The position numbers were made by a program, and so were the translations under genes. From assembly GCA_963663405.2 (NCBI GenBank), contig CAXXSM010000013.1:1-23527 (forward strand): 23,527 bases of DNA. The letters run 5' to 3'. This DNA is from a bacterium (GTDB taxonomy: Bacteria > Hinthialibacterota > Hinthialibacteria > Hinthialibacterales > Hinthialibacteraceae). Shown piece by piece: positions 9,857-18,079 of the stretch. The notes below the pieces were generated by a model that ran no database searches, was not told the origin of the DNA, and worked only from the letters and a program-made list of their open reading frames with translations. Each line of letters starts with the position of its first letter. Position 1 is the stretch's first letter.

Positions 9857-10654
9857 ATGTTCGCAACGGGAATCAAAGAACTGGCTCACGCGTTCATCGA
9901 TCTGATTTATCCTTCCGTCTGCGTCCTTTGCAGAGAAGGAATCAAGAGCGGAAGCCCTTTGGTTTGCGAGCAATGCCTGGAAAATTTACAAGTCCTGCGT
10001 CCTCCACATTGTTTCCGATGTGGAGCGCCGATTCATGAAAAAGCCTTCCGCATCGTCTCGTGCAACGCCTGCCCACCCGATAAACTTTATTACCAGAAAG
10101 CCCGTTCCATCCTCTCGTTTTATGATCCAAACGTCCGGGAACTGATCCACGCTCTGAAATACAATTATCAAACCTCTCTCGCGGAGCCACTCGGTGAAAT
10201 ACTTCTTAATGGATTTCTCGAAATGTTTGAACAACAATACTTCGACGCGATCGTTCCCGTTCCTCTTCACAAACGAAGACGCCGCAACCGTGAATACAAT
10301 CAATCAGCGCTCCTCTGCGAAACGCTCTCATCCGGCACGGGAATCCCCATCCGTGAAGACATTGTATACCGCTCCCGGAACACGCCTCGTCAAACTAAAC
10401 AAAGCCGTCACACCCGCCTTAAAAATGTCTATGACGCGTTCTCCCTCTACAATCCAAGCGGTCTGGAAGGTTTCTCCATTCTTGTCGTGGACGATGTCTT
10501 CACCACGGGAAGCACGGTGAATGAAGTGTGTAAAACACTAAAAAAAGGCGGCGCAAGTTATCTTGCCGTCCTTACTCTCGCAAGAACCATCAGCAAAGAT
10601 CCGAATCATCCATTTGATATCCAAGAATCGATCAAATGGGACCGGGACAATTGA
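9857..10654 (+). CDS. comF: ComF family protein (double zinc ribbon plus PRTase domain)
   Basis: Four CxxC pairs (CVLC, CEQC, CFRC, CNAC), VPVPLH..R.YNQS, VVDDVFTTGST PRPP loop. Confidence 0.92.
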   Translation: MFATGIKELAHAFIDLIYPSVCVLCREGIKSGSPLVCEQCLENLQVLRPPHCFRCGAPIHEKAFRIVSCNACPPDKLYYQKARSILSFYDPNVRELIHALKYNYQTSLAEPLGEILLNGFLEMFEQQYFDAIVPVPLHKRRRRNREYNQSALLCETLSSGTGIPIREDIVYRSRNTPRQTKQSRHTRLKNVYDAFSLYNPSGLEGFSILVVDDVFTTGSTVNEVCKTLKKGGASYLAVLTLARTISKDPNHPFDIQESIKWDRDN

Positions 10655-10743
10655 TAAAGGCGGTTTCCGTACTATATTCCCATAATATATTCTCGATACG
10701 TTATATAGGAATTTTCCACATCCAAACCAGACGATAAAAAACA

Positions 10744-12018
10744 ATGAATGATTCAAACAAACAAACCGGATACACCATCATCATCAGCGGTTCCGAAATC
10801 CTTTCCGGCAAACGACAAGATCGGCATATTCACTACTTGACACGATCGCTATTGCCCTTGGGATTGCATTGTGAACGCTGTGAATTGATCGGCGATGAAA
10901 AAACGCACCTCGAAAACTCTGTCCGTAGAGCGCTTTCCGGAAACGATCTCGTCATCGTCACGGGAGGTTTAGGCCCCACGGTTGATGACATCACCCGCGA
11001 AACAATTGCAGAAGCGATGGAGATCCCTCTCGCCGAACATCCAGACGCATTGAAAATGCTGAAAGATCGTTTTCGTTCCTTCGGAAAATCCATGACGGAA
11101 AACAACCGCAGGCAGACCCTCGTTCCGGTTCACGGTTCGTTTATTCCCAATCCCAACGGCACCGCGCCGGGCCTAATCTATGATCATAACGAGAAAATCG
11201 CTATTGCTCTTCCCGGCCCGCCCCGCGAACTGGAACCAATGGTTCGCGAAAGCCTGATCCCTTTTTTACAAAATCGGCTGCGCCTTCACGATCAAACAAC
11301 TTCTGTTGTCCTGCGCTTCTGCGGGATTGGTGAATCCAATGTGGATTGGGCCATCCGAGATATTGTGAAAGACGTTCCTGGACTCAACATTTCTCTCTTA
11401 CACCAAATCGGGATCATCGAATTAACCCTCTCCTTACCGAGTGATTCACCCGAAGCCAAATCTACACTCGATAACCTTTCCCAACGCATTCAAGAAGCGA
11501 TGGAACCCTGTTGCTACTCGGTACGCCAGGAAACACTAGAAGAAGTCATTGGAAAATCCCTTCGTGAAAGGAACGAAACGCTCTCCATTGCGGAATCTTG
11601 TACGGGTGGCCTGCTCGGAGCGAAAATCGTATCCACGCCCGGAGCGTCATCCTACTTCAAAGGCGGCGTCATCTCTTATTCCAACGAAATAAAGAAGAAA
11701 CTTGTGGGCGTACAACAAAAAACGCTTGATGAACATGGCGCGGTCAGCAAAGAAACTGTTTGTGAGATGGCGAACGGTGTCCGTGAGTCTTTCCAAAGTG
11801 ATTGGGGAGTGGCAATCACGGGCATAGCTGGACCGGAGGGAGGAACGCCGGAAAAACCGGTAGGCCAAGTGTGGATCGCGGTCTCAAATAAAGATGGTTC
11901 TGTCTACCCATTCAAAGCCCAAATGCCTGGCAACAGAGATTCCATACGTGAACGCAGCTGTGTATACGCATTAGATCAACTCCGCCGCCTGCTCTTAAAC
12001 AAAACCATCTACAAATGA
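10744..12018 (+). CDS. cinA: Competence/damage-inducible protein CinA (MocF-like domain plus PncC NMN deamidase)
   Basis: GSEILSG, TGGLGPTVDDIT, NPNGTAPG, LPGPPREL; C-domain AESCTGG, HGAVS, ITGIAGPEGG..KPVG. Confidence 0.95.
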   Translation: MNDSNKQTGYTIIISGSEILSGKRQDRHIHYLTRSLLPLGLHCERCELIGDEKTHLENSVRRALSGNDLVIVTGGLGPTVDDITRETIAEAMEIPLAEHPDALKMLKDRFRSFGKSMTENNRRQTLVPVHGSFIPNPNGTAPGLIYDHNEKIAIALPGPPRELEPMVRESLIPFLQNRLRLHDQTTSVVLRFCGIGESNVDWAIRDIVKDVPGLNISLLHQIGIIELTLSLPSDSPEAKSTLDNLSQRIQEAMEPCCYSVRQETLEEVIGKSLRERNETLSIAESCTGGLLGAKIVSTPGASSYFKGGVISYSNEIKKKLVGVQQKTLDEHGAVSKETVCEMANGVRESFQSDWGVAITGIAGPEGGTPEKPVGQVWIAVSNKDGSVYPFKAQMPGNRDSIRERSCVYALDQLRRLLLNKTIYK

Positions 12019-12439
12019 AGATGTGAGGAAATTGAAACGCAGGCGCTCGCAACCTTATAAAAAACTTTTCCACCAATAAAAAAACGCGTACTCTCTTATA
12101 TATATCTGTAAAGCTATAAACACCTTTTTTCCATATAAGCTAACGATTTCCCCTAAAATACCTCCAGATTTGTACAATTTGCTCGATAATATACGATTGA
12201 AAAAAGCGTTTTTTAAGGTTACAATCTAGGATAGATTTCAACTTCGTTTTATTATCGTCTACGCCGGAGGTTAAGGAAAATACTTTTTCCCCTCCTAGGA
12301 AGATAATACTATTTAACATGGTACAGCAAGGTAATATTGCAATGCCATAGACGGACTCACTCAGGGCTGAAAGAGGGAAAGATTCTTGTTTATCCGTCAT
12401 TTATTTTCTACCGGCAACGAAAAAAAATCTGAACGCCAA

Positions 12440-13780
12440 ATGCCCTTCACAAATTCCACCAAACTTACGTTTATGGTCAAACGTGAGGTTAAGCAACTCT
12501 TGGAAGAAGGGCGGGCTCATTTTAACGAAGGCCGGATTCAGGAAGCCATCCGTCATTATAACAAAGCGGTGGAAGCCGATCCAAGCTGCTCTCTCTGCCA
12601 TTTCAATCTTGGCTATGCCCATCATGAAGATGGGCAATATGAAATGGCCCGCGCACGGTACGAAAAAGCCATCGAATTAGAACCATCCTGCGGGCTGTTT
12701 CTAGAGCATTTAGCAAGGCTTTTTTTTGAAAACTCCGATTATGCGGAAGCCTCAAGATTCTTTCAACGCGCTTCCTTGATCGGCCCTATCCAGCCATTAA
12801 GTCTTGGCTTATGGGGGCGCTCCCTTTTTGAAAGAGGTTTATACGAAAAATCCATTCAAACCTTTGAGCGTCTGTTGGAAAAAGATCACCAACCCGCTAT
12901 TCAAGTCGGCGCGCATTATTGGCTCTCCATCGCCAACACAAAACTTGGCCGGATCGCCACTGCCAGGGAACTCGCGGAAAAGATTCTATCTTTCAAAGAT
13001 ATCGATTATAAAATACTATATGACCTAGGTGAAAACTTCATACATGCGCGATGCCTTAGCCTTGCAAAAAGAATCTTTGAAAGACTTGCAATAGAACGGG
13101 AAGAACTCCTGCTCGCCCGCTTGCGCCTAGAAGATATCCGTTCTCTCGAAAAGCAGATCAACGAAATCCTCCCTAAACTTTTTGATGGGGATGAAGAAAG
13201 AATGCTCCATCAAATACACGCTCTGCGAGAATTTGGGGCTAATCGCGTCTCTCGTGCGCTTCTTTCGTTTATTAATCATCCATCCGCCCCAATCCGCGAA
13301 AACGTGATTAAATACCAATCCCAATATGGATATGATGTTTCAGAATCTATCCTGCCCCTCTTATCGGATAATGTAGATTACGTTAGGGACGCCGCGTACG
13401 AATACTTTGAAAAAAGCAACTGCGGACATCAGATAGAAGAAATTATAAAAGGATTGGAAGATCCTCAACCTGAAATCCGTAAAAAAGCAGCGAATATTAT
13501 CGGCCGTTTTGGCACAATAAAAACCTTGCCGGATCTTCAAATGTCAATCAGTGATCCCACGAACGAAAAGATCATCGATACATTAAACAAAGCGGTCTCA
13601 TCTATAAAATACAGATACCAAAAGCAGCAAGATTCCCTCTACAGCATGAACGCTCCTACTCCATTACAGGAAAAAAAGAAAATTTCTCCAAATGAATCAC
13701 GCTTTTGGATGAATATTCTTCTTATTTTCTTCCAAATCTCCGCGCTTCTTTACTTCTTATACGTCATTTTTATGAAATAA
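12440..13780 (+). CDS. TPR plus HEAT repeat protein with a C-terminal transmembrane helix
   Basis: TPR units (EAIRHYNKAVEADP, CHFNLGYA, ARYEKAIELEP); HEAT units (LLSDNVDYVRDAA, LEDPQPEIRKKAANIIG); hydrophobic C-terminus. Start uncertain (TTG 12386, ATG 12440 or ATG 12473). Confidence 0.8.
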   Translation: MPFTNSTKLTFMVKREVKQLLEEGRAHFNEGRIQEAIRHYNKAVEADPSCSLCHFNLGYAHHEDGQYEMARARYEKAIELEPSCGLFLEHLARLFFENSDYAEASRFFQRASLIGPIQPLSLGLWGRSLFERGLYEKSIQTFERLLEKDHQPAIQVGAHYWLSIANTKLGRIATARELAEKILSFKDIDYKILYDLGENFIHARCLSLAKRIFERLAIEREELLLARLRLEDIRSLEKQINEILPKLFDGDEERMLHQIHALREFGANRVSRALLSFINHPSAPIRENVIKYQSQYGYDVSESILPLLSDNVDYVRDAAYEYFEKSNCGHQIEEIIKGLEDPQPEIRKKAANIIGRFGTIKTLPDLQMSISDPTNEKIIDTLNKAVSSIKYRYQKQQDSLYSMNAPTPLQEKKKISPNESRFWMNILLIFFQISALLYFLYVIFMK

Positions 13781-13792
13781 CAATAGATCAAT

Positions 13793-13824
13793 AAAAAAAG
13801 GCGGCTTTTCAAGAGGCCGCCTTT
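13793..13824. terminator. Intrinsic terminator between convergent genes, strongest for the minus strand
   Basis: AAAGGCGGC...GCCGCCTTT stem with an A7 run on the left (U tract on the minus strand) and TTT on the right. Confidence 0.8.
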
Positions 13825-13848
13825 CAATTTTTCTATATTATATGATGC

Positions 13849-14631
13849 TTAGAAGTTCGTTATATCGTCTTCTGCGACAACATCCGGACCATTCCCCATA
13901 ATGTCGCCACCTCGAACCCGGTCTTCTTTATCAACATAAGAATCATCATCGTTATCCTGTTTGTCATCCGGTAGCATAGAACCAACACCCCCATTATCTG
14001 TGCCAGCGGAAATTGTTGTCTCATCTGGACCAAAAGAGATAATCTGAAACGTAGTTGGATTATACGGCCGATACCGCTTTCCATCTCTCATTTCAAACGC
14101 GCAGGGTATATTTCCAGTATTCTGCTTTGTTCTAGTATTCCGGAAATTGGTCTTGCCTCCAGGATTGTAAATTTCACTGCTGATAAAGACAATTGGATTT
14201 TCCCATGCGTCAATAAAGACATTCTCACTCATTTGAGGAGTCAGAGCGGATTGTGGAAATCCAGCGCCTTCCAAGATATCATGCCGTCTTTCATCATTAC
14301 TTCGATTGAAGTCCGGATGGATCCAAAAACGATCGTATCCCTGTTTCCCTTTTTCAAAGAACAAAACTTCATCACTTTTTGGCTCATACCGCGTTTTGGC
14401 TTCTGTTAGCGCAATATAAAATTGCTGTGGATCGTAGCTCGGCGGATATTTACCATAATCAGACTTATACGTAACAACCAACACTTCCAAACTTGAAATC
14501 AGAGCTTTTGTCTTCGCCACCTTGGCGCGCCTAAGATTTTCCCTAACATTTGGAATTAATATAGCGGATAAAATCCCTATAACAGCGACAACTACGAGAA
14601 GTTCAATGAGTGAAAATCCCTTTTTCTTCAT
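13849..14631 (-). CDS. Prepilin-type N-terminal cleavage/methylation protein, GspG-like
   Basis: Start moved to ATG 14631 (AAGGA upstream): MKKKG|FSLIELLVVVAVIGILSAILIP. GspG-like YKSDYGKYP, DAWENPI, FQIISFGPD and terminal DDITNF. Confidence 0.88.
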   Translation of the reverse strand: MKKKGFSLIELLVVVAVIGILSAILIPNVRENLRRAKVAKTKALISSLEVLVVTYKSDYGKYPPSYDPQQFYIALTEAKTRYEPKSDEVLFFEKGKQGYDRFWIHPDFNRSNDERRHDILEGAGFPQSALTPQMSENVFIDAWENPIVFISSEIYNPGGKTNFRNTRTKQNTGNIPCAFEMRDGKRYRPYNPTTFQIISFGPDETTISAGTDNGGVGSMLPDDKQDNDDDSYVDKEDRVRGGDIMGNGPDVVAEDDITNF

Positions 14632-14794
14632 GATGGATTCCTTATTTTTTATAAGACCTCTTAAAAAAAGCGTAACGGAAAAAAGCCTATGAAAAGAGTC
14701 CATACCTCAATACAAACCGCCACATTGAGGTTCAATAGAATAGATTCATCCACATCTCACCTTACAGAAACCATTTCCCGCTATGTCTAATAGA

Positions 14795-14823
14795 AATATA
14801 TTGAATGTATTGAAGATTGTCAA
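14795..14823 (-). promoter_or_regulatory. Sigma70-type promoter for the left prepilin gene
   Basis: Minus strand TTGACA (14823-14818), 17 nt, TATATT (14800-14795). Confidence 0.65.
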
Positions 14824-14903
14824 CTTATATCACCTTCGCTTCTCCTTTTATTTATGCTATCCTGCCCCCTAAATATGAACCACTAAGTTTTTAGACTACA
14901 ACC

Positions 14904-14921
14904 TGCAAATGAAAATGAATT
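14904..14921 (+). repeat. 18-bp inverted repeat, left copy (Fur-box-like core)
   Basis: TGCAAATGAAAATGAATT is the exact reverse complement of 17390-17407. 14910-14924 reads TGAAAAT-G-AATTTCA, a near 7-1-7 palindrome. Confidence 0.75.
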
Positions 14922-14980
14922 TCAATAGAAATCACGAACAAGAAAACCTTTGAACTTTTCTTTTATAAAGGTGCGAAACG

Positions 14981-15200
14981 TGTGAATAGATTGTTCACAA
15001 TCAATAATTCATTGTTAATATTTATGAATAGGCAAAGATCATCCACAATTCATTCAAATCCGTTCACAGAATAATCACAAGGTATTCAATTTGTAAGTAC
15101 TTATATATCAAGTAGATAGATTAACTTTTTAAACTTATCAACAGCAATAGTAATAATAATAAATTATAAAAGAATATATTCGAGTCTTATTATATGTATT
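14981..15200. other. Probable chromosomal replication origin (oriC)
   Basis: DnaA-box-like 9-mers: CTATTCACA (minus, 14981-14989), TTGTTCACA 14991, TCATCCACA 15039, CCGTTCACA 15060, ATAATCACA 15071, TTATCAACA 15135, plus a distal TCATCCACA at 14746. The last box is followed by GCAA-TAG-TAA-TAA-TAA-TAA and an AT-rich tract just upstream of dnaN. Confidence 0.75.
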
Positions 15201-15242
15201 ATACTTGTGAATTATATGAATTGGGAGGAAAAGGAGGTAAAT

Positions 15243-16359
15243 GTGAAATTTGTTAGTTCAAATCAAACCTGGGGACGTGGTATTGGCGCGGTACAAAGCG
15301 CGGTCGGCAGCCCGATTTCCAACCCAATCGTAGAGAATATTTATGTTTCATGTGAAAAAGACTGGGTAAAATTTATTGCGACCAATTTGAATATCACAAT
15401 TCGTTGTGAGGGGGAAGCGAAAGTTGAAGAGGCGGGTGAGATTATCATTCCTTCCAAGATCATCACTGAAATCGTGAGAGATTTACCGGCAGGTGATTTG
15501 ATTTTTGAAGAAAAAGATGGAACGATTCATCTAGAAAGCGGCCGGTTTACCGCCAAGCTAAAGGGACAACAAGCGGATCAATTTCCTCCTTTTATCGGTG
15601 TGGAAGATGGCGTCGAGATCGTGATGAATGTTGATGTTTTTAAAGATATCGTTCGGAAAACTTCTTTTGCCGTTACAACTGAACAGTCTCGCTACATTCT
15701 TGATGGATTAATGCTTGACTTGAAAGAAAAAGTATTGAATTGTGTAACAACCGATGGACGGCGTCTTGCATATTATAAATTTAAAGAAGAAAATTTATCG
15801 GATGAAGAAGCGAGAGCCATGATTCCATCAAGGACATTGCAGGAATTAAGTAGGTCTCTTCCTGATGAGGGACAACTTTCGATCTTGATACAAAAAAGAA
15901 AAGCCCAGTTTATTTGCGGTGACACGACCATTGTTTCGAATTTATTAGAGGATAATTTTCCGCGCTATGAGAGAATTATTCCAGTTGGAGGAGAATTTAA
16001 AGCAAAATTAAAAAAAAGGAGAGTTGCTTGACGCTGTAAAACGCGCTTCTCATTTATCCGACAAACAAACAAATCAAGTTATTGTAAAATTTGTTAATAA
16101 TATGGTCGAAATTACAAGTGAACGTATTGAAGTTGGTGGAGAAGGCCGGGATGTTGTCGAAGCGGAATATGAGGGAGATGAAATTGGCCTGCGGTTTAAT
16201 TACCGCTTTCTTGTTGAGTATCTCCGCGCCATAGATGAGGAAGAGATTGAAGTGGAACTATGGGATTCTGAAAAACCATGTATTTTCCGTGGTATAGGCT
16301 CAGATTCGTATCTATATGAGTTAATGCCTATGCAACCGCCGGAAGATGAGAAAAAATAA
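15243..16359 (+). CDS. dnaN: DNA polymerase III beta sliding clamp, split by an apparent extra A in an A8 run
   Basis: AAGGAGGT then GTG 15243; NPIVEN, ATNLNI, SRYILDG, TTDGRRLA, FPRYERIIP; second ORF has FNYRFLVEYL and YELMPM. Removing one A at 16010-16017 fuses them into about 371 aa. Confidence 0.95.
15344..15359. promoter_or_regulatory. parS-like site inside dnaN
   Basis: TGTTTCATGTGAAAAA matches the parS consensus TGTTTCACGTGAAACA at 14/16 positions, about 200 bp from the proposed origin. Confidence 0.45.
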
Positions 16360-16543
16360 GTATTTTATTTAAGAAAAATGAAATCAATTCGAAAAATATA
16401 GATAGATATAGAGTAAATGGGTATAGAGATTTATCTATAATTTTCAAGTAAGTTATTCTAAAATAAGAACTTAATTTATATCATATTAAAAATACAATAA
16501 AATATTACACGGTATTTTTAATTAAAAACTTATAAAAAAGTGG

Positions 16544-16571
16544 TTGACAGAGGAATAAACAGCCTTAAAAT
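16544..16571 (+). promoter_or_regulatory. Sigma70-type promoter for the right prepilin gene
   Basis: TTGACA (16544-16549), 16 nt, TAAAAT (16566-16571), with an AT-rich tract upstream. Confidence 0.6.
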
Positions 16572-16693
16572 GAAATTTTAGGGTGATTTTATACGAAGAT
16601 GAGTTTCCGAGACTTACTTGTTCAATATTTCTGCTAAAATTCATTTTCGTTAATACAAATTTCGGTTGGGACGAACTGAGGGGGAGGCTACTT

Positions 16694-17275
16694 ATGCCCT
16701 TTAAACCGGCGTTTTCAGTAATAGAACTGTTACTCGTAGCAGGAATTATTTCTATTCTTGTATCGATAGCTGTGCCTGGCTATCTCGACGCAAAGCTGCG
16801 CGCCGAGGTTGTTGATACGAAAAATACATTACAGAAAGTGCATCATGCTCTATATTTGTATAAAGTAGATAACAATAAATACCCAGAACGTCAAGTATTA
16901 TTTAGTCTATATAACCCTCTTGCCCGGCTGGTGAAGGGAGAACAACTCGCCACAGAACCTGTTGACCGGTTTAAAGAAGGTTTAAAGGGTTATGGAGGGT
17001 TATACGGAGATTCTTGCATTTCTTACTTTGATCTAGATCCTATGAATCCTCTTTTTGCAAAAGTACGGAATAGAGAAATAAATAGACGTTCGATTACTTC
17101 TAGAGATATCCCTTGGTTTATTAAAAGTATTGGCCCGGATCAGATGGATATGTACGATGAAGGTATGGAACGTGGAAGCAATAGAGCCAATCCAATTGGT
17201 CTCATTGAATACGATGTTACAAATGGAGTATTTAGCCTGGGTGAGATTTTCCGTACTCAAGTAGATGATAATTAA
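16694..17275 (+). CDS. Prepilin-type N-terminal cleavage/methylation protein
   Basis: Start moved to ATG 16694 after GGAGG: MPFKPA|FSVIELLLVAGIISILVSIAVP; YKVDNNKYP, SIGPD, C-terminal YDVTNGVFSLGEIFR. Confidence 0.85.
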   Translation: MPFKPAFSVIELLLVAGIISILVSIAVPGYLDAKLRAEVVDTKNTLQKVHHALYLYKVDNNKYPERQVLFSLYNPLARLVKGEQLATEPVDRFKEGLKGYGGLYGDSCISYFDLDPMNPLFAKVRNREINRRSITSRDIPWFIKSIGPDQMDMYDEGMERGSNRANPIGLIEYDVTNGVFSLGEIFRTQVDDN

Positions 17276-17304
17276 AATAATTTATTTAAAAGCGTTTTCG
17301 GAAT

Positions 17305-17334
17305 GCGCCGGTCATAAGTTATCGGCGCTTTTTT
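17305..17334 (+). terminator. Intrinsic terminator after the right prepilin gene
   Basis: GCGCCGGT-cataagtt-ATCGGCGC stem (one G-U pair) followed by TTTTTT. Confidence 0.8.
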
Positions 17335-17389
17335 ATTGAAAATTATATAAAAATGAGTTTCTAAAGTTTTCTTTCGTATTGACATTCGC

Positions 17390-17407
17390 AATTCATTTTC
17401 ATTTGCA
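17390..17407 (-). repeat. 18-bp inverted repeat, right copy
   Basis: AATTCATTTTCATTTGCA is the reverse complement of 14904-14921; it sits 5 nt after a TTGACA (17379-17384) and 35 nt before the MBL start. Confidence 0.75.
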
Positions 17408-17442
17408 TGTAGTGATCTCAATCATGATGGTTTAGATGAAAA

Positions 17443-18075
17443 ATGGTAAAAATCAAAACAATTGCTGTCGGAATTCTTCAAACAAACTGTCATATCATCA
17501 TTCATGAAGCCACTCATAAAGCAATTATCGTCGATCCTGGTGAAGAGGGAGAGAGAATCATTCAGTTCTTAGAGGATCTCAGCGCAGTTCCGCAACTAAT
17601 CATTAATACTCATGGACATGGAGATCATATCGGCGCGAATTCAGTGATCAAAGAAAAATATAACGTTCCCATCGCTATTCACCAATTAGATTCTATTATG
17701 TTAGAAAATCCAGAAGTGAATCTATCCGCCGCCTGTGGTTTTCCTATCGTATCGCCTCCCGCCGATCGATTATTGGAGGATGGAGATGAAATTGAGCTGG
17801 AAGACGAGATTATCAAAGCGCTTCATACACCTGGACACAGCCCTGGTGGAATCTCGCTTTACCTAAAACCTCACTTATTTCCAGGAGACGTTCTTTTTAA
17901 AGACAGCGTAGGGCGCACTGATTTTCCTGGTTGTTCTCATGAACGTCTTGTGGAAAGTATTCAAAATAAAATCATGACATTGCCGGATGACACAATTGTC
18001 TATCCTGGACATGGTCCAAGTACGTCCATAGGCGCCGAAAGAAGAAATAATCCATTTTTATGTGGTATTATATAA
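17443..18075 (+). CDS. MBL-fold metallo-hydrolase (glyoxalase II-like, YcbL/GloC type)
   Basis: THGHGDHIG, HTPGHSPG, GDVLF..SVGRTD, YPGHG...E...NPF motifs; 210 aa. Confidence 0.92.
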   Translation: MVKIKTIAVGILQTNCHIIIHEATHKAIIVDPGEEGERIIQFLEDLSAVPQLIINTHGHGDHIGANSVIKEKYNVPIAIHQLDSIMLENPEVNLSAACGFPIVSPPADRLLEDGDEIELEDEIIKALHTPGHSPGGISLYLKPHLFPGDVLFKDSVGRTDFPGCSHERLVESIQNKIMTLPDDTIVYPGHGPSTSIGAERRNNPFLCGII

Positions 18076-18079
18076 ATCT

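Noticed and set aside
12311-12338. dif-like site (ATTTAACATGG resembles the XerD arm)
   Set aside because: No XerC-like arm across the 6-bp spacer.
15091-15120. IHF site within the origin (TAAGTACTTA palindrome, TATCAAGTAGATA)
   Set aside because: Only a partial match to WATCAANNNNTTR in AT-rich sequence.
16008-16020. Programmed -1 frameshift in dnaN at A AAA AAA (dnaX-like)
   Set aside because: The downstream ORF is in the +1 frame, and similar indels break four other genes; a homopolymer error is simpler.
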